From Utricularia gibba (Eukaryota; Plantae; Magnoliophyta), in contig NEEC01000016.1 in the NCBI GenBank assembly GCA_002189035.1, positions 1,054,001 to 1,118,000 on the forward strand: a stretch of DNA of 64,000 nt, read 5' to 3'. The notes under the pieces are model-generated. The model worked only from the letters and a program-made list of their open reading frames with translations. It was not told the origin of the DNA and made no database searches. The position numbers and the translations under genes are program-made. Shown here in pieces: positions 54,311 to 64,000 of the stretch. Numbering within the stretch: position 1 is the stretch's first letter; every line of letters starts with the position of its first letter.

Positions 54311-54514
54311 ACGCTCACAGTCACAGAGCGGAACTGCAATTGGAGGAAGTTGTTCGCACCCTCCAGCTACAGATGCGTACAGACGACAACAGCTCATCTT
54401 CCTCCATTTTTCCCCCATAATGTGAACCATAACCTCTCTTTTTTCCCAACTGTTTTCTCCTCGTCAGATGCCTAATCCATAGGCCCCAGCAGCCGCAATT
54501 GCTCTAAGCCTAGG

Positions 54515-57500
54515 ATGCGAATGGCTTACTCTCCGACTGTCAGTCGCTGGGTAACCGCCATTTTCGTACTCATTGTTGTCCGACCCACCTGGGTTTCCGC
54601 CTCCGTTGAGGAAGTTCGATCACTGCTTGAATTCAGAAGGGGTATAAAGTCGGATCCGTCTAATGTGGTTTTCTCCAGTTGGGTTTTGCCAGGTAATGCG
54701 TCTGCCTGCCCTGAAACCTTCCATGGTGTCGCCTGTGACCCGGAAACGGAGTCAGTGGTTTCCATTTCCCTTGACCGCCTGGGGTTGGTAGGGGAACTCA
54801 AATTCAGTACCCTTACTCGGCTCAAGTTTCTGCGGAATCTAACCCTCGCCGGGAATGCGTTGAGTGGCCGTCTTGTTCCGTTGATGAGGCTTATGACGTC
54901 TCTTGAAGTAATTGATCTATCGGGGAATCAGTTTTATGGCCCGATTCCCGCCAGCTTGAATGATATTTGGGCCCTGCATTATGTTAATTTGTCCAACAAT
55001 TATCTTTCTGGAGGATTTCCCGATGGGATTCGTAATTTACAGCAGTTGAAAGTGTTGGATTTGCACGCAAATCGGCTGCAAGGTGACATTCGGGAACTGA
55101 TTCCTCAGCTGAAGAATGTCGAGTACTTGGATTTGAGTAGAAATAGCTTCTCTGGACTGTTGGAAATGAGCGTGGAGAATATCTCTAGTTTGGCTAATAC
55201 TGTGCAGTATGTTAATTTAAGCGAGAATGACATAGGAGGGCAGCTTTGGTATTCAGATGCAACGAAACTGTTTCGAAACCTGAAGGTTTTGGACTTGGGG
55301 CATAACAAGATCACGGGTGAGCTTCCAGATTTTGGCCATTTACCAAATCTCCAAGTGCTCCGCCTTGGACATAATCAGCTTTTTGGGCGTCTCCCTCTGG
55401 GGCTCTTGCAGGGAGCCACCCCATTGGTGGAGTTGGATATCAGTAATAATGGATTTTCTGGTGAGTTTTTTTTTTCTTTTTTTCTCGTGTATGTTTTACA
55501 TCTTTTCTCTTGCATTTACCTGTATGCTATATTAATCTAACATTCTAGAATGGGGGAATCCGCTGTTACACTAGGAAGTACTCTGGCGTATGTTATTCAA
55601 TCATTTTTTCTGTTGGTTTAGGGTGGAGTTTATTTTGCTACTAGAGGGTGTTTGAGGGATGATTTGTCGGTTTTGTGGTACAGAGTTTTCGGTCTGATGT
55701 TTTTTTCATCCCTATTTCAGATACTCTTCCTGAAGTTGGCTCATTGACATTGATTTATCTCAACCTATCATCAAACTCGTTGTCAGGCTCATTACCACGT
55801 TCACTGGGGAACTGTGTAGTGGTTGATCTTAGTAAAAATTTGCTGAGAGGTGACTTGTCTGCTCTTATAGATTGGAATTCAAACCTGGAAGTTCTGGATT
55901 TGAGCTTCAATGGCTTTACTGGGAATATTCCCAGTTTAACGCATTTTCCAAAGCTGACTCAGTTAAGTGCTAGGAATAATTCATTAGGGGGAGCATTACC
56001 TTCGACTTTGGGATCACTTGAAAAGCTTAGTTCAGTCGATTTGAGCTTCAACACATTTGATGGTCCAATCCCAGAGAGCTTCTTTACTTCTATGACCATC
56101 ATGTATTTGAACTTGTCTGCAAATCATCTCTCTGGATCCATTCCACTTGGTGGATCTCATGCTACTGAGTTGCTGGCGCTTCCCCCAATTCCACCAATGG
56201 AGTCTCTAGATATTTCAAGAAATGCCTTGACCGGTGGTTTGGCATCTGAAATTGGTAATTGGCAAAGGCTAAGGTTACTAAATCTTGCGATGAACCGTCT
56301 ATCTGGTTCCTTGCCTCATGAATTAAGCAAGCTCACTTCCTTGGAATATCTGGATTTATCACACAACCACTTTAATGGCCAAATTCCTGAAAGTTTGCCT
56401 CAAACTCTGTCCTTCCTGGATATGGCTTACAATAATTTTTCAGGAAGGTTACCAGATAGATTGAAAGGATTCCCTGCTGCTTCCTTTTCACCTGGAAATG
56501 ATGGACTTGAGCGCCGTCATTTTGCACCAACTGCTGATGATGGTTTTTCCAGCCGTGATGTAGGTGGCGGATATCATCGCAGCTCTAAATCCAATATCAC
56601 AAAAGCTATCATCATTTCATGCATAGCAACTGCTTTGATGGTCGCTTTTGTTCTGTTTGCTTATAACAGAGCACGTATTCAAAATTTCCATCTTCGACAT
56701 GGCTTCCATGGTCAAGATATCGATGGAGATGCCAAGGTTGGGGCATATGGCCGTCATTCAATATTTGGTTTTCCTGGCAGCAGCACTGACCATCCTCCAA
56801 CTTCCTTGAGCTTTTCCAATGACCATTTGCTGACATCTAACTCGAGGTCATTGTCTGGAGCAATGGAGTCTGGTATGGAAATTGTTGAACATGTTTTACC
56901 TGACCGAGTGTCTGGCACTGCAGCATTGCACCGGGGCCAACCAGAGAATCAGCCAACAGCATCTGGAAGGAAATCTTCTCCCGGATCACCTGGATCTTCC
57001 CCTAATTTCTTAGGCGTTGAGCACCCTCCCACCTTGGATGTGTATTCTCCTGATCGATTAGCTGGTGAGCTATTGTTCTTGGATGGCTCACTCAAATTCT
57101 CAGTTGAGGAGCTGTCTCATGCACCAGCAGAAGTACTGGGTAGAAGCAGCCATGGCACTCTGTACAAAGCTACTCTAGATAATGGGCAAATGCTGACTGT
57201 GAAGTGGCTGAGGGTCGGCCTGGTGAAGAACAAGAAGGATTTTGCAAAGGAAGTGAGGAAGATTGGGTCTGTTCGGCACCCAAATATAGTTCCCCTGCGT
57301 GCCTATTACTGGGGACCAAGGGAGCAAGAACGGCTGATTCTAGCAGACTATGTATTTGGAGATAGCTTGGCTTTACATCTCTATGGTAAGACATCCTCTA
57401 GCATAACTGTGTGCATTAACCTGTAAGAAATGCAAGCTCAAAAACCCTGCTGCCATTTTGCAGAGAGTACACCCAGGAGGCATGCCCCCTTATCCTTCCA

Positions 57501-58041
57501 CCAAAGGCTGAGAATCGCCGTTGATGTGGCTCGTGCACTTTCTGTGTTGCACGATCGAGGACTCCCTCATGGAAACCTGAAGCCAACGAATGTACTCTTG
57601 GCTGGGCCGGAGCACAATGTTCGTCTCTCGGATTACGGTCTCCACCGTCTGATGACGCCGGCAGGCATCGGCGAGCAGATCCTGAACTTGGGGGCGCTTG
57701 GATACCGCGCCCCAGAACTCGCCACCGCGGCCAAACCCATTCCTACGGCGAAGAGCGATGTGTATGCATTGGGTGTGATCTTGATGGAGCTGTTGACCCG
57801 AAGGAGTGCTGGCGACATCATTTCTGGTCAGTCAGGTGCTGTGGATCTCACAGACTGGGTTCGACTGTGTGATCAGGAAGGGCGTGGGGTCGACTGCTTC
57901 GACAGAGACATGGCCGGAGGGGAAGAACCGTCGAGAGCCATGAACGAAATGCTGGCCGTTTCACTGAGGTGCATTCTTCCTGTAAGCGATCGGCCGAGCA
58001 TCCGACAGGTTGTTGACGAGCTGAGTTCCATAACCTTGTGA
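54515..58041 (+). CDS. LRR receptor-like kinase, At5g10020/SIRK1-type (atypical kinase), 3 exons, about 1062 aa
   Basis: Exons 54515-55460, 55721-57385, 57464-58041 sum to 3189 nt in frame. Signal peptide, many LxxLxLxxNxxSG repeats, TM segment AIIISCIATALMVAFVLFAY, kinase AEVLGRSSHGTLYKA...HGNLKPTN...SDYGL. Confidence 0.95.
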
Positions 58042-58204
58042 AGAAGTTTTGTTGTACATCGTGGGTGTGAAAAAGAAGCAACTGATTCTTTGCCGTTGAG
58101 TCGTCTTCTCCGATTCGTTTTTCATTTCTTCACAGTCCCTGTCCCTGTCCCTGTCCCTGTCTTTGACCAACGCTGTCCGTCCCCTTTCCAAGTTTTACAT
58201 GTGA

Positions 58205-58280
58205 GGGGCCAAGGCCGCCAATGTTGTCTTCTGATTAATGGGCTGGGCTTTTGGATGAATATTACTGGACCGGCCCAAAT
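58205..58280. promoter_or_regulatory. Site II element cluster, compact promoter of TFB2
   Basis: GGGGCCAAGGCC, TGGGCTGGGCT and GGCCCAAA lie in the gap between the RLK stop and the TFB2 leader. Confidence 0.5.
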
Positions 58281-58644
58281 ACTCCCTCCCCTCTTCCCTT
58301 CCACACACACACTCTCGTCCTGTCTCTCGCAATTCAATTTCGCTTGACCTGAGAATCCTCCGGCGACCCGTTCTGCTTGAAGCACATCCGTTTTGTACGA
58401 GGTGGATGTGTGTGCGAAACTGGAATTGGAGAAGAATCACTCTTCTTCTGTTGTAGGATGGCTCATTGCGGGATGTGTGTTAAAGTATGATGAACTGATT
58501 CTTTTTTGTTGGAGAGGATTCATATCGCTGGCTTTGGAAAATATGGATTTGTTGAAGAAACTGAGGATGTCACTGATGAAAACTCAGGATAGCAGCAGGT
58601 TTTGAAATTGAATCTGATTACAGGAGGAATATAGCCACTAGTTC

Positions 58645-61413
58645 ATGATGCCGCAAGTTAAGATCGTGGCGAAAAATTTTATGGACATGGTGGCTTCATT
58701 GCCTGCGCGTAAACTTGAAAGGCTTTATGAGAATTCGTTTATATGTGAGGCCATTCTCAGGTTATGTGTGCAACACACAGTGCCGTCATGAAATGTCTTC
58801 TGAGTTTGATGAATTGTGTTTGCTAGAGTTAGGTTTTCACTGTCATTTCCTTTTTTCTGTCTTTTCCATTTGGATCAGGTCTATGACTCCATTATCGAAG
58901 AAGTATGTGCTTCAACTGCTGTACATAGAAGAGCCTGTGACAGGCAAATGGTTCGAGGAATGGGTTCTTCCTGATGGTGCCTCCAAGCACAAAATAGCAA
59001 TTGATAGATTGCTGCAGTTAAGAGTTCTGGCAGAAACTGTTGAACGGTATGGTGTGTTTTTTGTCGTCTTTGTTTCACTGGTTTGAAGCTCTAAATAATG
59101 GGCTCTGTCGTTCTCCGTTTTCAATCAGATCGTGTGATTTCTTTCATACTTCTCTCCTGGCAGGAAAAAAGAACCTACATTCGTCATGAATAAAACATTC
59201 CAAAGAAATCTCCAAAAGCACATTGTACACGGGTGAGATCTTCCATCCTCGGTCCCTCTAGAGCTAATGACTCCTTATGCAATGTTAATGACCACAACTT
59301 CCGAATTTCCAGTGGAATTTTACCCAGGGAATCAATGCCCTCAAACGTCACAGTGCGACTTCCCAGCTTGGAAGATTTAAATGCTTATGCTGCTCAACAA
59401 TGGGAGGTTTGAGTTGATCATATAACAGAATTACATTCTGAGCTTGGTGATTCTGCATTTTAATTCGGTATTCTTTTCAGTCTTTCCTGCTCCACTTGAT
59501 AAATTCTTCAGAAGTCGAAAAGTCAACAGCCTTAAGCTCCTCTATTATGAAAGTCTTTCAGCGTGGCCTCCTGAATCAAAAGTATGCTCAATGAGCACTG
59601 CTTTTGTTGATTTGCTGAACACAGCACTCATATCAGCTTATCTTAAACTATTAGATGAATTTTCAGAGATGACAAGGAGCCTCCAGTATTAACTGAAAGT
59701 GGCTTTCAGTTTCTGGTATGAGTTTATAATTCTTTTTCTTTTCCTCTTTTTAAGAGTTACATCCGTATTCGTACTTGGGCAATGCATTTTAATTCCTTTA
59801 TCAGCTGATGGATACAAATGCACAACTTTGGTACATAATCAGAGAATACATCAATAACTCTGAGGTACTCTGTTTCGTCTTTTCTGCAATGCTTAGCATG
59901 ATTAACAATATGTGTAGTTTTTATGAAATAATTTTACATATGGATTCTGGTGATTGTTTTCCCTTGAACACAACTTGCTTTGCTACATGTAACTGTTGAA
60001 AATGTATGGTAATGGCTTGCAGGATCGGGGTGTGGACACTGCTGATCTGTTATCATTTTTGCTGGAGCTTAGCTTCCATGTCACTGGAAAGGTATACAGT
60101 TGATCTTTTTTCCTAGTGCAGGTCATTGGGGTCAATCCTTGAGCTTTTTTATTTATCATGTAGCTTTATTCGATATTCCCTCGGTCAGATAGAGAACATG
60201 CAGCCTGAGACTGAACATTTTTCCTTACAGGCATATAACTTGAACACCTTGTCGTCTCTACAGCAGATTATAATAAAGGATCTTGCCGATTTGGGATTGG
60301 TCCTGCTTCAACAGGTTTTCTTCTTCTGACCTCTTCTTACAGTTGTATGCACTGCTTTTCCCCGGCATTGGATCCCCACCGTAATTCTGGTTTTATAGGG
60401 TCGGAAAGAGAGCTGGTTCATTCCAACCAAATTAGCGACTAATCTTTCCATTAGCTTATCAGAGACATCTTCAAGGAAACAGGTATTCTGTCATGGAACA
60501 TGAATTCCGCATGTGTTGTATTAGTCGTTTCACATGTCTTTTTGGACTTTAGAAAGGCCATTTCTGTGACCTGTATCCCATTCATGCTCAGGGATTTGTG
60601 GTTGTTGAAACAAACTTCCGGTTGTACGCGTACTCTTCATCGAAACTCCATACCGAAATATTACGCCTATTTTCGAGGTATGATCATTATTCATATGTAG
60701 ATATGATTTCAATTTGATGCACTTAAACCATGCCAATGCAAATTTATCCTGCGGTTTTCAGGATCGAGTACCAATTGCCGAATCTCACCGTTGCTGCAAT
60801 CACAAAGGAGAGCTTGTATAAGGCATTTCTGAATGGCATCACTGCAGAACAGGTGCCGTCCTTATTACAGCGTGCTCTTCATCAAATGATGTACAACTGA
60901 CAGCCCCCAACGTGTAATGACCTTTCTGAATGCAGATAATATCGTTTCTTCAGCAGAATGCTCATCCTCTTGTTGCTGAAAAAATCCCCTCCGTACCAGA
61001 AAACGTTACAGATCAGGTTAGCTGTTTCTTTCCATCTGCATCAAATGACCTGTAATCTGTTGTTTGCTGGTTTCAATCTTGAGAAGCAGCTACATGCTCT
61101 TGGTTTCATCTTTGGACCAGATAAGGTTGTGGGAATCCGATCTCAACAGAGTCGAAATGACTCCAGCCCATATTTACGACGAATTCCCGTCAGCGGTATG
61201 CCGCAATGCATGATAGACTTGTTGTATGCTTGTACTCTGGAATTGTGAGCGTTTGCCCTTTTTTCTGTCTCACAGGAAGTGTTTGAGGCCGCCTGCGACT
61301 TTGCACGAGAGCATGGAGGTTTGCTATGGGAGAGTTCTAAGAAGATGCGGTTAGTAGTGAAAGCTGAACTTTTCCCCCAGATGAGAGATTTCCTTCACAA
61401 GCAGAAACAGTAG
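58645..61413 (+). CDS. TFB2: TFIIH subunit p52 (TFB2/GTF2H4), 15 exons
   Basis: MPQVKIVAKNFMDMVASLP...LTESGFQFL|LMDTNAQLWYIIREY...WFIPTKLATNLS...GFVVVETNFRLYAY...IEYQLPNL...PENVTDQ|IRLWESDLNR. All exons join in frame with GT-AG. Confidence 0.95.
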
Positions 61414-61638
61414 CTACATTTGATATATGTCTCCCTGAGACGAGTTATTTAACAACAATGAAGAACAAGGTACCTTCGGTAAACAAGGCTTTATTCTGAT
61501 GCATGCTGTCCTTCATGCTCATGATCTCAACAACTAGGAAAAAGCTCGATAAGTTAACAGGCATGAAACCAGGTATTTTATCCGGTACACGATGCAGAGC
61601 AAGCTAAGTTAAAACAGATGGATGATTAATCAGTGAGT

Positions 61639-63114
61639 TCAGATCAAGGCGATGCTGCTCTCACCACCCGGAGGTTTCCGGACGCCGCCAAAATAGTCCC
61701 TAGATTCAATTTTCCCATCAGCAAAGATATCATTGCCGCTCATTTCTCTTAGTTTGGCCGCACTCATCGGTTTCTCAGCGGATCCTGAAGCCAGATCTCC
61801 TGTAAAGATGTTGTTGCCTGCCATCTCCGCTGACTTGTGGCCATGAATCTTCTTTGCCATGTTTTCGATGGGGTTTTCTCCAAAAACAATGTTGCTTTGG
61901 CCTCCTGCCGGCTGCAAATTATGAAAATGTTGGCTGAGAGCAATGGACAAACCACTTTGAAGAGTACTACGTTCAGTTTACTCACATTAGACACTCTGAC
62001 AGAGGTGCGCAGACTTCTTGGTGCAGGTTCATCCATGTCCTTGGCTTCGATTGCCCGAGCAGCGGCGGAAGACCGTGGAGGAGCCTCAGGAGGTCCAAAA
62101 ATATCACTGCCACAGAGCTCTTTAGATTTTGCATCCGAGTGATATTTATGAGTTCTGCTATCAGAATCACTCTCTTGAGTTCCACTCAGTTCCCGCTGCT
62201 TCGCCACCTCGGCAATTGAGGTTGCTTTCCTAGGAGAGATTCTTTCCTCGCTGCCGAATGAAATCTGACTAATCCCATTTGCGACTTGCTGACAATAAAT
62301 CAGTGAAGATGAGCTTGCTGATCAGTTTGTCACCCAAATACTCTCACCAGCATACTTGGAATTCATTTACAACGAAGTGCGAAGATACCTGCACGATACG
62401 CACAGAAGTTCGGTTTTCAGAATTCCCAGGTTTGGTTGATTCGTCTCCACCATCAGCTGAAAATATCCTGCTCCCTGTCATCTCCTTCATCTTATACCCT
62501 GAACAGGGTTTCCTGAAGGAGGAAACAGATCATTAAACCGTCTAATGATTATTGTCATTATGAGTGCACAGACGAGTGATGTCAGCGATTAGCAACCAAA
62601 TCCACGTCGTTGAAAACAAAAAGCGAGCCGGCAATTAACGCTAGGGCTCTTCAATTTGGGGGATAAAGTAATCGCAGTTATGAATTTGTGGCTCAACCAC
62701 CAGCATTGTAGTCATTGAGAGCTTCCTTGAGTTCCAAAAAGCAATGCAGCACGATGAAAACATCAACCAGAAAGCAGATCTACACGTGAAAAAGAGCAAG
62801 CCAAGCACGAAAATCGAATTCCACTGTTTACCTCTTATTAAGGCTCTCGGCTTCCTCATCCGTGATCTGTCCTCCGAAGAGTACCTTATCAATTCCATTG
62901 GACGGCTACAGCCAAACCGAAAAGAATGAGAGTGAAAGAAAAGCAGCAGTACAACGCTGGACGAGCGCCGAAAGCGTACCTGAGATGAACGGACGGCGAG
63001 ACGAGAAACATCTTCCACGGAGGAGGAGTCTCCAGCAACCGGCGGATCCTCAGACCACGTGAGTAGATCTGACGTACAAGCGTGCGACCTCCGAATAGCC
63101 GTAGACCCCTCCAT
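61639..63114 (-). CDS. DUF4057-family protein, 5 exons
   Basis: HACTSDLLTWSE, RKPCSGYKMKEMTGSRIF, KQRELSG, KELCGSDIFGPP, AKLREMSGNDIFADG, GGVRKPPGGESSIALI*. Confidence 0.9.
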
Positions 63115-63419
63115 TGTAACCTCCGCCCGCAGCTCCCTCCAAGGTGTTTCAGTTCCCCGTTTCAAAATGCTCCCTTTGTCTTTGTCGCAGTATCTTTTAA
63201 AATTACCTTGTGACCCCCCAGAATACCATAATTCTACTTTGACCTACCAAAAAATGAAATACTCGAATTTTTTCATTAACATGCTATTTTACAATTTTCA
63301 GAAGGTTTTTCCACTTGTTTTTACAAATTTCAGTTCAAATCCTATTTGGTTTTACTTTTTGAATATTAATTTTTTATAATAAAACTGTTTTTAAGTAATT
63401 TTTTAGAAACAGAAGTTAT

Positions 63420-63965
63420 TCCACACTAAAATAATAATTATTAATACCTTCCAATTTTTTTAAAATAAAAAAAATGATTCTACTTTTTTTTAATCATAAA
63501 TTTCTCGTACTTGACAACAAAACTATTTTTAAAACGTTTTTCTATAAACCTACACTGTTCCAAATATACACTAAAATAATAATTATTAAAACCTCCACCC
63601 AAATCATAACCCTAATTAATATTTTGTTTAGTTATGCTTATAGAAATTCAGAGACATTCTTCTAATAAAACATAAGCTATATCCCTCTAATTTTTTTTAA
63701 TCATAAATTGCTCGTATTTGACAACAAAATTATTTTTAAAACATTTTTCTATAAGCACAAACGGTTCTAAATTTACTCTAAAATAATAATTATTAAAACC
63801 CCCACCCAAATCGTATCCCTAATTAATATTTGTTTGGTTTTATTTCTAAACATTTAGAGAATTTCTTCTAGAAAAACCATTTCAAAAATGTTTTTTAATA
63901 AGCAAAAGGTGTCCTAAAATAATGATTATTAATCCCCCCCCCAAATCATAACCCTAATTAATAAG
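63420..63965. repeat. Diverged about 207-bp tandem repeat with AACCCTAA-containing sub-motif
   Basis: TAATCATAAATT.CTCGTA.TTGACAACAAAA.TATTTTTAAAAC occurs at 63491 and 63698. TAATAATTATTAA..C.CCACCCAAATC.TA.CCCTAATTAAT recurs at about 63580, 63785 and 63925. Confidence 0.8.
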
Positions 63966-64000
63966 CATGGCCTGGGCTGGCCTCTAATCCTGTTGTGGTT

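Overview
Plant nuclear DNA from a very compact, gene-dense eudicot genome. Introns are mostly 70-110 bp and spacers are short and AT-rich. This fits a Lamiales carnivore of the Utricularia/Genlisea type, which is an inference only. I reconstructed about 18 protein-coding genes by hand from the ORF track and splice signals: CYP90B1/DWF4, ARL2/TTN5, a HAN-type GATA factor, a RADIALIS-like MYB, an HBI1/BEE2/CIB-type bHLH, a Tubby F-box protein, a DUF829/TMEM53 hydrolase, a TOM1-like protein, ATHB40-type HD-Zip I, a BES1/BZR1 homolog, an AS1/RS2-type MYB, LBD41-type LBD, a FAM204A-like protein, a plastid USP-like protein, NDUFB8, an At5g10020/SIRK1-type LRR-RLK, TFB2 and a DUF4057 protein. The ORF track misses a tandem MIR157+MIR156 hairpin pair behind one TATA box and a clearly decayed EFM4/AR401-type methyltransferase pseudogene. 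Other observations are a BZR1-type G-box/BRRE cluster in the only long DWF4 intron, LTR/PBS and DNA-transposon relics, and several tandem duplications. Five single-base frameshifts, all in short homopolymer runs (mostly G/C) of otherwise intact genes, are most likely assembly errors. I found no prokaryote-type system (CRISPR, rRNA, tRNA) and no unambiguous wholly new biological system. The best leads are regulatory.
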